From Macrostomum hystrix (taxonomy: Eukaryota > Animalia > Platyhelminthes): a DNA stretch of 64,000 nucleotides. Below the pieces are notes generated by a model. That model had not been told where the DNA came from and ran no database searches. It was given only the letters and a program-made list of their open reading frames with translations. The position numbers were made by a program, and so were the translations under genes. Below, piece by piece: positions 24,269 to 38,527 of the stretch (the stretch's first letter is position 1; every line of letters begins with the position of its first letter). The DNA lies in NCBI GenBank assembly GCA_950097015.1, contig CATNEN010000001.1, positions 1,302,001 through 1,366,000 of the forward strand. The letters are read 5' to 3'.

Positions 24269-25677
24269 TTTTGGCTTCTTCGAAACAAAAATCAATAAAA
24301 CTGTGGAGTGGTAGCAAGTTTGATCAGACGATGCAACTGAAAGATAGTTCGAGCGTGAATTTTTAATTTTAAACTCAACTATTATCGTGCCGCTTTACTT
24401 AAACAAATTTAAAGCTAATATAAGATTTTTTTGCACTGTTGCAACTCTTGTACACGTTTGTTAAAAAGAAATAAATAAAAGTTTTTATGTGCGTTCCTAT
24501 TGCGATTTTTCCTAAAGTATCGTGTGCGAACGAAAAATATAATTTACATGCATGCAGCCAAATAAGCTCAGACTATCGCGTTCAGACTGCTAGTTCCTAG
24601 ACCAATTATAAATATAACTAGTCATTTTTGCAATTTTTTATATAAATGTTTCGATATAAAAATCTTTAAATATTTTTAGAGATTGAATGTTAATTAATTT
24701 TTGTATATAAAGGTCGTATATGTATATACAATTTGCATATATATTTGCTCGTACTTGTATATAATTGGGTGTTTTCTTGCCGATTAAAAGCATTTTTCAG
24801 TATTACTGTATAATGAAACTTCAATGCAATTCTTTATGATATCAAATTTAATGATAAAGAAAGGTGAACAAGTAAACAAGTGAACAAGAAAGCTTATTTA
24901 TCTAAATGCAGTAGCCTTCACAAAAAGTATTGCTTGAAACTTATATTATTTCTTCTTGAAAGAAATATATTACAAGCATCGGCAGTCAGTAACAAGTTAA
25001 ATTGAAATAACTTTGAAATAAAAATGCAACTAAACATTCGAATCTGCCTTACACGTGTATGTTAAAACATGACTTTAAAAAGTAGAAACTAAAACATGAT
25101 TATGATCGGGATTCGATTCAGCAATCGAAGTTTAAAAGTTAATCCACAAAAAACTTAATTTATATATATATAAGAGCCAGATTTAGCAAAAAGCAAAAAT
25201 TTTGTGTAAAAATATATCGATATAGATTAAATATAATCATTTAAATTTAAATTTAAAATAAATTTTTCAGTAAAAAAATGTTTCAGTATAAAAGTGCATG
25301 TTCTTGTTCGTTTTAATTTTCGTATTAAGTACTAACTTTTATGTTTTAGGCTTTCCAGGTGAGATAGGTCACACCTAGCAGGTCCGGTTCATGCAGCTAA
25401 GGTGGGCAGACGCCAACCACCTCACTTCTAGTCTGGCTGAAGAATGCACTTGATCTTAGTTTGTCCCATCCGAGTCTAACAGAAGGATTGCTAACCAATA
25501 GGAATTTCGTCTGATCAGCGCTGATTATCCCCATTTAGTCCAAACGCATTCACTCTTAGCATATCGCTGTCATTCAGATTTTGTGGTCTATTCTATTCTA
25601 CGCACTATAGTCGTTTTTTGAGTTCACAATAATTTTAAACATACACGAGAATAAAAAAGTTTTATCCCGTTCTTGTC

Positions 25678-25910
25678 GAATACGCAGCGTTTGGCCAACT
25701 TCGGGGCAAAAATGTGAGTTTCGATGAAGTTCGCTATGAGATCGAAGCCATGCATTTGGCCATCACTATAGTTGAGAGCTTACAATCCATCGTATATGCT
25801 CAAACTTTACCCTGGTAGACCTGCCGGGTACGAGCTACGCTGCAGATATTGAGTTGTAAATATATGATTTGATCCTGGAGTTCACTTCCAAACAAAATGG
25901 TCTCATCCTG
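25678..25910 (+). pseudogene. Decayed inverted duplicate of dynamin exon 3
   Basis: Colinear with the reverse complement of 23833-23550 (gaatacgcag..tttggcca.cttcggggcaaaaa; gagatcgaagcc; accctggtagacctgccgggta; cagatattgagttg; tgatcct.gagttca), with deletions and frame disruption. Confidence 0.85.
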
Positions 25911-28166
25911 TAGAAATATTAGACTGAATATACCAGGCCAATCACAAAGGAAAATTTATCTAACAATAACTTAAAACTATAGAGCCGTCTGCTGTATTTC
26001 CCGACTCCTGGTGTATTAATTGCTAAATCAAAGGTCCGCCTCGTAACAATTGCAGATCTACGCGACAGAAAGTCGCCAAAAGACATAACAGTTATAAAAC
26101 TGTTATATCAACACATGCGTTTTAACTTTAACGATGCATAGTTGCCACCCTTGCATAGCCGCAACAGCTGCATATAGTTTCGATGATCATGGCTGCGTAG
26201 TTGTAAGATTTGTGCGCAACAACAGAAAATATTATCGATCTACCTCAGGGTGCCGTTTTAAGATGCCCAGATTGCTTGAAAAAGCTGTGTTCTGGAAATA
26301 AATTCTTGAGAGTGGGAATCTAGAACGTAAAATTTTTGTTTTGTGGTTTCGCATCACGCACGAAAATAAGTCCATCTATTCCTATTTTTTCAGCTATTTC
26401 GGGCTTTTGGAAAACAGAGTGCTGAATTCTTTTTATTCAATATTTTGAAGCTTATTAAAAATATTTTATACATGTATAGCGCACACCAATTAAAGTTAAA
26501 CGTTTTAAAGTTTCATTATCGTGTCTTCTGACTAAAACAAAAAAGCTTGTTTGTTGTGTCGGTTTGAATAATATTAGTATGTTTTAAAAAACAAAGAGAA
26601 AGAAAAAGTTGCCTTTATTTTATGATTTAAGAGTACACTGATGCAAGTTAAGCTATTAAGTTAATGTAGTTAAATCAAGTTATCGAGTTTCTTTAGAATG
26701 TCCAGAGGACGTGTTTTATATGTACCTGGTTTATTTTAGTGAGTTTAGCTAAACATAGTAAACTTTATCCATCCTCATATCAGCTAGTCTGATGAATTTT
26801 TATGACCCAAAAAGAAAGGTGCACTCTTTTCGAAAGTTTATTTTTACTGCATAGGCCCTTTGACATGTTTCAGTGAATTTCAAAATGTGTAAATTGGTGT
26901 AATGCACATTCAAGATTATAGTGACCTTGTATCGTTGTATAGTAATAGAAGTTGGCTCAAAAAGCTATCTTTTTGTTTTTTAGGCTTTTAGAAATGAATC
27001 TTTAGATAGTCAAAAATTATATTATATATTCTGTGTATATCCATTAATAACATCAACTGCAACAGTGCAAGTTGGTCTGATATGTAGCTTTTTTATTAAT
27101 TTGCATAGGCCTAGGGCCTATCGGACCTAAACTATAATAGCAACATACAAATGTCCAGCAAATTAACTAGTTAGGAATTAACCAGCTATTAACTAGTCTA
27201 ATATAGCTTCAAAAGCTTACGCTGGTAGGCCTAACCTATTGAGGCATTTATCCACTTGATAGGCCTAAACTAAAGCTATCCACTATTTAGACAGGCAAAT
27301 TAAACCCTAGGCCCTACCTTAGATAGCCAAAACTTCAACTTGTAAGCTCCATCATTATTCTTTATAAAATACCCCTACAGCAGCCTATATATTTGCTAGG
27401 GTGGATAGGGTGGATTGCTTATTGCTATTATCTCAAAATTTTGAGAAAAAGTAATTGGTGTGTAGCCAGGATCTTTAGGGTCATATCTCATAGGGTAATG
27501 TATCATCAACCAAACAAGAATGTGTATTTTTTTAACTTCAAACATATGCTACAGATTTTCTATTTAAGATATGATGATAAATCAAAAGCCAAGTTATAGA
27601 AAACAGTTATATCTTTCTAAAAAGTATCTGCTTTTGCTATTTTGTCAAATAGAAAAAAAGTTATTTGTGTTTTTAATCTAAAACCGAACAATGATTTTCA
27701 TGTATCTTCAAACCAAACAGAGAATTTGATGTTCGGTTTTACAATTTGAGTGAGTGGTTTAATCTTATTTTAAGGAGTGAACTAGGGGCCTATCATGAAT
27801 TATGTCATTTGAAAGCATTTTTCATGCTCTATAAATAACTACATTTATGGTCATTAAATTGGCAAGCAACCATATACAATCTTCGTCTAAAGTACATACT
27901 GAAAAAATGTTGTTAAAAAGTTAGCTTTTGCAATAAAAATTTCTACTGAAACATCAATATCTTTCTTTTCTCTTAATGTTTCATTGCACATCATGCCTCA
28001 GCTTGTAGATAATTTCTTCAACTTTTAAATTAGTTGTTCTGTGAAACACAATAGCTTGTTTCTGTCTTGCAGCAGACCAAGGAAGGAGTCAAAATTCTTG
28101 TTCGGTTTTGAAGATACACTGTTCGGTTGATGATACATTACCCTATGCCAAATTTGACAGTTCCAA

Positions 28167-28773
28167 GACACTTTGTCATCTGGATGTCATCTGGATGACA
28201 AAGAGTCCAGGGTCTAAAAGGGTAGATAAAGTAATGACCAAGACTTGTACGCACTTTGTCATCTCTTTGATCTATAACAGGGTATATGTCCAACTAATAC
28301 CAGCAAGCCTAATGGCTAATGTTGTTTAATTGCTGTCAATATGCTTTGTGCAAATAACATTTTTTTATTTAGTTTAAAATTGACTACCTAAATAAGCAGT
28401 AGCTAGTAATTTTCTTTTTATTAGCTTTATAACTTAGATTACTTAGATTTCTCCTGCCTGTTTACAAGTTTACCAACTAACTGTATGGCATTTTAATGAT
28501 CACTTTTCTTTTTAGGGTATTTAATAAATTTTAATAAATTAATTTTAACATTTGTGATTGTCTAGAACAATCTCAATTAGCCCACAGTTATCTATATATT
28601 GTATGCATAGCCATTGGCAACTATAAATCAAGTCAGCACTATAGTTTATATTGATGGGTAACAAACTGACCTAACTTTAGATTCCCCAATTGGCTGGATG
28701 ACAAAGTGTCCAATCTGAAAAGTGAATAATGAAAGTATAAGATGACAAAAATGCTAATGACAAAGTGTCCAAG
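28167..28773. mobile_element. Foldback/MITE-like relic with repeated inverted motif
   Basis: gacactttgtcatc (28167, partial at 28252) versus its reverse complement gatgacaaagtgtc (28194 with one mismatch, 28697, ~28757). Confidence 0.4.
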
Positions 28774-29214
28774 AACCAAATTCAACCACAAAAAATGTGT
28801 AATATGCACTAACATTAAAATCAACTTTGTATGAGCTATATGCTAACACTAAATAACTTAGCATACCATGCTTTAAATAAAGGCAAAGAATAAACTTTTG
28901 TTTGCTAATCTCATTTGCTTTGGAAGCCAAAATTAATGGAAAGGCTTGCATTATTGTGCAAATGGGCGCAGGAGTCAGCCAGCTTCTGCCTTGCAAGTTG
29001 AACTATTTTATATTTAATAGGGCTAATATGTGCCGGTTTGTGCTGGTGAACACTAGTGTGTTATATTGGGCCTAAATGCGCAAAAATGCATTTCATAATA
29101 GTAAGTTGTGTAATACTCAGCTTGTTAGATTTCTTAAATGTCAGAGCACACTTTAGTATTCAAATAGAGTCTACCAAAAATAGTACTGACACTTTTCTAT
29201 AACTTTTTTGCTGT

Positions 29215-30302
29215 CACCCACTAGTGCCATTCTCAGACTACAGTGCAATCTGTCCCACTCCAGTGCCATTTTTCCACTCCAGTGCCATTCTGCCACTCTG
29301 GTGCAATTCTGCCACTCCAGTGCCATTCTGCCACTCCAGTGCCATTTGGCTACTCCAATGCTGTTCTGCCACTCCAGTGCCGTTCTCCCACTAGTGCCAT
29401 TCTCAGACTGCAGTGCAATCTATCCCACTCCAATGCCATTCTGCCACTCCAGTGCCATTCTGCCACTCCAGTGCCAATCTGCCACTTCAGTGCCACTGCC
29501 ACTCCAGTGCCAATCTCCCACTAGTGCCATTCTCCCACTAGTGCCATTCTCCCACTAGTACCACTATTGCCATTCTCCCACTTGTCCCACTAGTGCCATT
29601 CTCCCACTAGTACCACTATTGCCATTCTCCCACTTGTCCCACTAGTGCCATTCTCAGACTGCAGTGCAATCTATCCCACTCCAATGCCATTCTGCCACTC
29701 CAGTGCCAATCTGCCACTCCAGTGCCAATCTCCCACTAGTGCCATTCTCCCACTAGTGCCATTCTCCCACTAGTACCACTATTGCCATTCTCCCACTTGT
29801 CCCACTAGTGCCATTCTCCCACTAGTACCACTATTGCCATTCTCCCACTTGTCCCACTAGTGCCATTCTCAGACTGCAGTGCAATCTATCCCACTCCAAT
29901 GCCATTCTGCCACTCCAGTGCCAATCTGCCACTCCAGTGCCAATCTCCCACTAGTGCCATTCTCCCACTAGTGCCATTCTCCCACTAGTACCACTATTGC
30001 CATTCTCCCACTTGTCCCACTAGTGCCATTCTCCCACTAGTACCACTATTGCCATTCTCCCACTTGTCCCACTAGTGCCATTCTCCCACTAGTACCACTA
30101 TTGCCATTCTCCCACTTGTCCCACTAGTGCCATTCTCCCACTAGTACCACTATTGCCATTCTCCCACTTGTCCCACTAGTGCCATTCTCAGACTGCAGTG
30201 TAATCTATCCCACTCCAGTGCCATTTTTCCACTCCAGTTCCATTTTCCCACCCCAGTGTTATTTTCCCACTCCAGTGCCATTTTCCCAGTCCAGTGCCAT
30301 TC
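29215..30302. repeat. Compound minisatellite built on ~17-bp ccact(a/cc)agtgccattct
   Basis: Tandem array with higher-order blocks, upstream of the MFS gene. Confidence 0.93.
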
Positions 30303-30761
30303 TTTTTAAAAGTCAAATAGGAGTATATAAGTTTCCTGTTTTTGCGTTATCTATCTTATAATGTTATTTTGGCTGTAGCTTTTCAAAGACGAATCTAACG
30401 CCAACTGTTAATGTTAAATATCTGGTTACCTAAAGCTAAAACTGCCTCACGGCTAAATAAACTACGATACCTATTTTTCTATTTCATTTTTCGCTTGTGA
30501 CGTTTTGGTTAAAATATATAACAACTAGCTGGTATTTATGAGCAAAAATATAAGCAAGATATATTTTCCAGTTTCATTCGCAGCGCAAGTGTTCACTGTT
30601 CTGCCTCAATATGACTGCCTTTCCTGTCTAATTTGCAAAAACCCCGTCTCCATATTTTCGTCCAAGAACGAAGATTAAAAGATCTGTTTAGCAGTTTAGA
30701 AGATAAACATATTCTTCAATATTTTTTGATAAGCATCTGCAGCTGGCATAGATTAGAATCG

Positions 30762-33700
30762 ATGGACGCTCGCAAACGATGGCTAATCATTATTTCGCTG
30801 CTTCTAGCTACTGTAAGTTTAATTTGTTAATTTTATCAAATTCTTTTAGTCATTTATCTTTGCCGCTTAATATCAATAGATTTTCTGTAATTTTAGATTG
30901 CCGAATCTTCTTCTCTTTTGTATCCGCAAGTATTTGTGCCTCGGATGATTCAGGTGAGATTCCTAAACAGCTTAGGGGTAGGAGTTGTGGGATATTTGGG
31001 TCATTTGGGATTTCCCAAATATTCCACAGTGCAATTATTATCCCAATAATTGCACTATCATGTGATTACTATCCTTATATACCAAAGGGATATTATTACC
31101 GCAAAATCCGTAAGTGGGGCTATTATCCAAATATCTTTAATTATGATTATTGTCCCAATACCCAAAAGTGGGATTATTATCCCAATACTCCAAAGTGGGA
31201 TTATTATCCCAATACCCCAAAGTGTGATTATTATCCCAATACCCCAAAGTGTGATTATTGTCCCAATACCCCAAAGTAGGATTATTATCCCAATACCCCA
31301 AAGTGTGATTATTGTCCAAATACCCCAAAGTGGGATTATTGTCCAAATACCCCAAAGTGGGATTATTATCCCAATACCACAAAGTGTGATTATTGTCCCA
31401 ATTCTCCAAAGTATGATTATTATCCCAATACCCCAAAGTAGGATTATTATCCCAATATCCCAAAGTGGGATTATTATCCCAATATCCCAAAGTGGGATTA
31501 TAAATTCTCTCTAATTTCTAAATTCCAACCTGTAGCACTTTGGCTACAGTGAGAAGCAGGTTGGTTACTACGTGGGCATACTGAACTCCGGTCGCTACGC
31601 TGGCAACATATTTGGCGCAATTTTCTGGAGCTCGCTATCCGACACCAAGGGTCGGCGAGCCGTTATCCTTATTAACCTGGCCTTCTCTGTACCGTGCAAT
31701 CTTTTATTTGGTTTGGCGCCAAATTTTGGTGCCGCACTGGCAGCCAGACTGCTCATTGGTGCCACATCAGCTGTCATTCCGCTTAGCAAGACTGTGGTCT
31801 ATGAAATCTCCGACAAGGATAATCAGGTTCGTCTATATAGTTCATTCATAGAGGCTCGCACACTAAACTATGATGCGTGCTATATCAGTTGAATAATTCA
31901 TTCTGAGTACGGGTGATTTTTCTTTGCTCTAAAGATACTTGCACAATTATCCCCACTTTTAAATAGGAATAATTACTTTATAGTTATCCCTATTGTTAGA
32001 ATAAGATGTAACTGAGGGGATAGTTAAGATAACTGCTGATTTATCCCCATTTTAGGATAGGGATATTTTCTCTGTTATCCCCATCGTAAAATGGGAATGT
32101 TTTGGATCATTGTTTTTATCCCCCCATTTTTAATTGAGATTGCTGCTCGGTTATTTCTATTTTATAAGTGGGATATTTGCTCAGTTATCCCATTTGTTAA
32201 ACTTCGGAATAGTTGAGATAAATGCAGATTTATACTATTTTTGAAATAGGGATAATTTCTCAGGATAGTTGGGATAACTGTTCATTTATCCCCTTTTTAA
32301 TTTGAATAGTTGTTCAATTATCCCAATTTAGCCATAGATGCTCAAGTGTCGCTAACTACCTACCACAAAAACACGATCCCACTGCAGATGATGGCCATGT
32401 CGGTTGTAAACTTCGGCTTTGTATTCGGCGTTATCCTAGCAGCCAATATGGGCGCGTTCCTGTCAGATCCCTATAACCAATTTGGCGACAGTTTTCCCGA
32501 AATTGCGCTTGTACGGAAATTTCCTTTCGCTTTACCATCGCTAATCTACAGCGTCTATTGTCTTATTGTGCTGGTTCTGTGCTATGCATTTCTAGAGGAA
32601 ACAAAACAGCCAGATGCTGCTGTTGTCACAGTAAGTGATTTGTAAATTTGTCTTCTTTTTTGTGTGTGAGGTTTAGCGCAAGGTCAGGCAGTTAAGTTCT
32701 GAAGAAAAATGGTAGAACGATTTATAAATGAACTAATCTGATGGAAGCATTTCTAAGACACCGTGAACTAATAGAAGGGTTTCTAAGAAATTGTGAACTA
32801 ATAGAAGGGTTTCTAAGAAATGGTAAACTAATTGAAGAGTCTCTAAGAAATGGTAAACTAATTGAAGAGTCTCTAAGAAATGGTAAACTAATTGAAGAGT
32901 CTCTAAGAAATGGTAAACTCATGGCAGGATTTCTAAGAAATGGTAAACTGATGGCAGGATTTCTAAGAAATGGTAAACTGATGGCAGGATTTCTAAGAAA
33001 TGGTAAACTGATGGCAGGATTTCTAAGAAACGGTAAACTGATGGCAGGATTTCTAAGAAATGGTGAACCAATGGAAAGGTTTCTAAGAAATGGTGAATTG
33101 ATAGGAGGATTTCTAAGACATCATGAACTGATTAAAAGATTACTAAGAAATCGTGAACTAATAGAAGGGTTTCTAAGAAATGGTGAACTCATGGGAGGTT
33201 TCTAAGAATTGGTGAACTAATGGGAGGATTTTTAAGAAATGATGAACTGATAAAAATATTTCTAAAAAGACAATAAACTAATACAATATTTTTGCCTCTA
33301 AAACTATTAAAAGTGTTTTTTAAAATAATAATGAGCTAATCGTGAATGAATCATTGAGTAATCATGAATTCTGAGAATAAATTTACTTTTATTTATGTCA
33401 TAACAATAACTATTTCTTTCTTTCCAAGAAAATAATTTTTTCTTGGGGAATAAGACAAAGAACTGATTAAATGTTGGACTGTAAAAGAGCACTTTTAATT
33501 TCAATATTTTTTAACACTTCTCATTCATTAATAATTTATTTTTTTACAGCTAGAGCTCAAGTCAGGTGAAAAGGCTAACAAAAAAGCGTGTTGCCATGAA
33601 GACGTAGACGAAAATGATGAGAAAAATGGCGTCAATCCAGCAGACGGCAGTCGGTTGTCGTGGCAACCAACCAGAGCTGAGCGGGAGACCTTGCTATTAT

Positions 33701-33925
33701 TTCGCTCCGCCGATGGGCTCAACAATCCTCGCAAAGATGTCGGCGCCACTAAAGTTTCGCGTCAGCATTGTTGCCATGACGAAAATGATGACGGCGTCCT
33801 TAGCAACCGTTTGACGCGATCGCAGCATCAAATACAGTTCGAGACAGCAGCCGATGCCGCCATCCTGGGAGGAGCCGCCGCGGCCGCACTCAGTCACAGC
33901 GTTGCCGTATTGGCCGAGCAGCCTA

Positions 33926-33957
<32 letters not shown>

Positions 33958-35754
33958 ATTGTTAAACACGCGGTCGATGAAAATAATATCGAAATTGTCG
34001 CTAGTCCGGCTAAAAAAATAACAAAATCTCCCGGCGCTTGTCTGGCTTTTCTAGTCCTAATTCGTCGCTTAGCAACGGTTGGTAGGCTACTATTTGCCGA
34101 ATATCCAATGTTTCGCACTGTACTATTAGTGTACACCGTCACCTGCTCCGGTACTGTGATGTTTGACGAGTGCGTCAGCGTGTTCGCTCTGGATCGAGCG
34201 GCTGGGCTTGGCTTGCAGTCTAAGCATCTGGGTCTGGTGAACATTCTAGCTCTGGTTGCCCTGATGCCTTTTATTGCACTGCTGCCACCGCTAAGCAAAC
34301 GGCTGGGACCCATGCGGGTGAGTTGCTAATATTTGGACTGTATCTCAGGTTAGATTATAACTGTTCCTTATATTATGGAGTGTTAGGACAAGTGTTCAAT
34401 GGCGTGTTACAGATGTTCCAATAGTTGTTAGAGATATTTTTATGGGGCTTGTTAAATAGATGTTCCATGGGTGTTAGATAGATGTTCCACGGGTGTTAGA
34501 TAGATGTTCCATGGGTGTTAGATAGATGTTCCACGGGTGTTAGATAGATGTTCCATGGGTGTTAGATAGATGTTCAATGGGTGTTAGATAGATGATCCAC
34601 GGGTGTTAGATAGATGTTCCATGGGTGTTAGATAGATGTTCCATGGGTGTTAGATAGATTTTCCACGTGTGTTAGATAGATGTTCCACGGGTGTTAGATA
34701 GATGTTCCACGGGTGCTAGATGTTCTATGGGGTGTTAAATTTTCTATGGTGTTAAGTGTGTTAGATGTAGACAGATCAGTAAAATTGCGCTCACCTCTCC
34801 CCAGATGCACATGATCGGCTTGCTAATCGGTGTACTGGCTGTCACAAGCTTTCCTCTGTCCGTTCTATTCGGCTGCCGATCGTCTAGCCTCACGCCCTGC
34901 GTAGTCGGCATCGGCATTTTGCTGACCGTGAAAAATGTCTGCCTATTCTGGTGCTTCACCACCGTCAGCGTGCTGCTGAATAATTCCGTGTCAGCTAGCA
35001 CCGCTGGCACCGCCAATGGCGTTGGCATTGTTTTCTCCAATGTGTCCAGGTAAGTCTTTGTTTCTTGGGTAGCTTGAAGCCTATAATTGTTTGTTGATAT
35101 CCTGTGTGTCAGTTTCATATCCTGTAGGTTTCTTTGTTTGATATTAAGTGTGTCTTTGTTCCATATCCACTTTGTGTCCTTGTTTCATATCCTGCATGTC
35201 TTTGTTTCATATCCTTTATGTGTCTTTGTTTATTATCATGTGTGTCTTTGTTTCATATCCTGTATATGTCGTTGTTTCATACCTTGTATGTGTCTTTGTT
35301 TTATATCCTGTATGTGTCTTTGTTTCATGTCATGTATGGTTCCTTGTTCCATATCCACTTTGTGTCTTATGTGTCTTTGTTTCAAATTAAGTGTGTCTTT
35401 GTTTCAAATTAAGTGTGTCTTTGTTTCAAATTAAGTGTGTCTTTGTTTAATATTAAGTGTGCGTCTTTGTGTCATATCAAAGGTGTCTTTGTTATCCGTA
35501 TATTTGTTTTTATTTTAGTTCGTATGAATCTTGAAGGAAGCCAGAAAAAAACAATTTGCACTTTTCTAAAAACTTATCCTAGGATTATCGGCATCAGTGT
35601 TGGCACCAGCCTGTTGCAGTTCACAATGAACCAGGGCTTACCCTATCCACTAGATCACAATCTGGTGTTTATCCTGGTTGGTGCTCTGCTATGCGTCTGC
35701 GCTGGCATTCAATCGACTTTGCCGCTACATATTGAAGATCAGATTCACAAATGA
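30762..35754 (+). CDS. Major facilitator superfamily transporter (ZIFL1/DHA1-like), ~608 aa, 7 exons
   Basis: Exons 30762-30812, 30897-30953, 31536-31826, 32388-32630, 33550-34317, 34805-35049 and 35583-35754; GT-AG, in frame (1827 nt). MFS motif A (WSSLSDTKGRR), GYYVGIL, ARLLIG, KFPFALP, LEET, a long central hydrophilic loop, and C-terminal GTANG. Confidence 0.88.
31020..31500. repeat. Minisatellite, 27-bp cccaaagtgggattattatcccaatac (MFS intron 2)
   Basis: Tandem array; a degenerate relative (ttatccc/gggataa motifs) fills intron 3 at ~31940-32330. Confidence 0.93.
32725..33285. repeat. Minisatellite, 30-bp ttctaagaaatggtaaactgatggcaggat (MFS intron 4)
   Basis: Tandem array. Confidence 0.93.
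34380..34770. repeat. Minisatellite, 22-bp gtgttagatagatgttccacgg (MFS intron 5)
   Basis: Tandem array. Confidence 0.93.
35085..35495. repeat. Degenerate ~21-23-bp minisatellite tgtgtctttgtttcatatcc (MFS intron 6)
   Basis: Diverged tandem array. Confidence 0.85.
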
Positions 35755-35914
35755 TGCTTTGATTGACCGTGAATTGCACCATTTTATGGTTTAACTTTTT
35801 ACTTGTACCTTTTATTTTTAAGTTCATTTTTGGCCATTTACCCCCTTTCTCTTTTGTGTTTTTGATGCCTCTGTGCTACATGATTTCTGATTAGCCAATA
35901 TAGCCTCTTGTCTT

Positions 35915-36455
35915 CTAGATAAATTTTAATTGGCCAGTACCCACTCCTTCCCTAGATGGTTTCTTATTGGCCAGTACCCACTCCTCCCCTAGATGGTTTC
36001 TTATTGGCCAGTACCCACTCCTTCCCTAGATGGTTTCTTATTGGCCAGTACCCACTCCTTCCCTAGATGGTTTCTTATTGGCCAGTACCCACTCCTTCCC
36101 TAGATGGTTTCTTATTGGCCAGTACCCACTCCTTCCCTAGATGGTTTCTTATTGGCCAGTACCCACTCCTTCCCTAGATGGTTTCTTATTGGCCAGTACC
36201 CACTCCTCTCCTAGATGGTTTCTTATTGGCCAGTACCCACTCCTCCCCTAGATGGTTTCTGATTGGCCAGTACCCACTCCTTCCCTAGATGGTTTCTTAT
36301 TGGCCAGTACCCACTCCTCCGCTAGATGGTTTCTGATTGGCCAGTACCCACTCCTCTGCTAGATGGTTTCTTATTGGCCAGTACCCACTCCTCCCCTAGA
36401 TGGTTTCTTATTGGCCAGTACCCATTCCTCCGCTAGATGGTTTCTGATTGGCCAA
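35915..36455. repeat. Minisatellite, 37-bp ttggccagtacccactccttccctagatggtttctta
   Basis: Tandem array just 3' of the MFS stop codon. Confidence 0.96.
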
Positions 36456-37061
36456 TAGCCTTACCTCTCTTAAATAAATTCTTGTTGGTCTTATTCTTCT
36501 GGTTTAAGCCTCTTATTCTTATCTCCTAAATAATTTTCTTATTAGCCAACAAATTCGCTTTTCAAACACAATTTATAATCTTACAACGCAAATAAAACTT
36601 TTTCAAACATGTTTAAAATAGCGAACCTAATTCTGTGATTGAATCATTTTAAGTCCATAGATATTATTGCTGTCTTTTTACTCATTTCTTGTCTACTATT
36701 GATTAGTCTCAGCGATTGGCTAAGCAGCTGGCTTCATTAAGAAGAGCGTTAAGCAATATTGAAAAATATCTTTTTCTTGCGTTACGAGTTTTTTTGCTTG
36801 CTTTTTTATAGCAAATCAATAATCTCACCATTTTTATTTGCTTTTTTGTTACATGTAGTGATATTTTATGTGTACTTGTGTGTCTAAAGCACGTTTTAAA
36901 GTTAATAAAAAGCTTAAATTTGTCTGTTTTTCTACTTGTATAAACGAAGAAGGCTTTCTAAAGCATTTCTGCGCAACTATCTGGTGTCTCGAAAAAATTA
37001 CATGTCACTCTTTCTCTTTGCGTTGCTTTTCGTTTTTAAAGCCATTAGATTTGACAGGTAG

Positions 37062-37340
37062 CGTGTGTACATTGAGGGCTCTAGGTTTGGGGTGGCTGTT
37101 CAGGCAGTGTGTACATTGAGGGCTCTAGGTTTGGGGTGGCTGTTCAGGCAGTGTGTACATTGGTGGGCTCTAGGTTTGGGGTGGCTGTTCAGGCAGTGTG
37201 TACATGGGGGACTCTAGGTTTGGGGTGGCTGTTCAGGCAGTGTGTACATGGGGGACTCTAGGTTTGGGGTGGCTGTTCAGGCAGTGTGTACATGGGGGAC
37301 TCTAGGTTTGGGGTGGCTGTTTAGGTTGTATGTACATGTG
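37062..37340. repeat. Minisatellite, 44-bp gtgtgtacattgagggctctaggtttggggtggctgttcaggca
   Basis: About 6 units. Confidence 0.93.
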
Positions 37341-37524
37341 GGGTTTAGATTTTAGGGTGGCGTGAGGTAGGTGAGGTAATGTGAAAATTGAACTTCTGCA
37401 AGAGAATTCCCCGTTCTATTTTTAGATTTAACACTAGCAAGTTTTGCCCCCCTTCGGGGAGCAGAAATATTTTGATTTCGTCCAGTATACACTTTTTAGC
37501 AGCTGCATTTTCAGCCTTTTTACG

Positions 37525-38527
37525 CTACAATGATCAGTTGACAATGATCCCCCAGTTGATAAAGATCCCCCAGTTGACAATACTCCCCCAGTTGACAATG
37601 ATCCCCCAGTTGACAATGATCCCCCCCGTTGACAATGATCCCCCAGTTGACAATGATCCCCCAATTGATGATGATCACGCAGTTGATTATGATCCCCCAG
37701 TTGACAATAATCCCTCAATTGATGATGATCACGCAGTTGACAATGATCCCCCAGTTAATGATGACTCCCCATTGATGATGATCCCCAGTTGACAATGTTC
37801 CCACAGCTGACAATGATCCCCGAGTTGACAATAATCCCCCAATTGATGATGATCACGCAGTTGACAATGATCCCCCAGTTAATGATGACTCCCCATTGAT
37901 GATAATCTCCAGTTGACAACGTTCCCCCAGTTGACAATGTTCCCACAGTTGACAATGATCCCCCAGTTGATGATGATCAACAAGTTGACAATGATCCCCC
38001 CAGTTCACAATGATCCTCCGGGTGATGATAAACCCCCAGTTGACAATGATCCCCAGTTGACAATGATCCCCCAGTTGACATTGACAATGATCTCCCAGTT
38101 GACAATGATCCCCCAGTTGACAATTATCCCCCAGTTAACCATGATCCCGCATTTGATGATGACTCCCCAGTTGACAATTATCCCCCAGTTGACAACTATC
38201 CCCCCGTTGACAATGATCCTCCAGTTGACCATGATCCCCCAGTTGACGATTATCCCCCAGTCGACAATTATCTCTCAGTTGACTATGATCCCCCATTGAT
38301 GGTGATCCCAGTTGACAATGTTCCCCCAGTTGAACATGATCCCCTAGTTGACAATGATCCCCTAGTTGATTATGATCCCGCATTTGGTGATGTTTCCCCG
38401 TGACAATTATCCCCCAGTTGACAATTATCCCCCAGTTGCCAATGATCCTCCAGTTGACAATGATCCCCCAGTTGACAATTATCCCCCAGTTTACCATGAT
38501 CCCCCAGTTGACGATTATCCACCAGTT
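37525..38527. repeat. Minisatellite, 18-bp gttgacaatgatccccca
   Basis: Diverged tandem array. Confidence 0.93.

Noticed and set aside
27105-27320. Clusters of TAGGCCTA-like palindromes (also ~295-355, ~54185-54320)
   Set aside because: Short low-information motif with no definable element boundaries.
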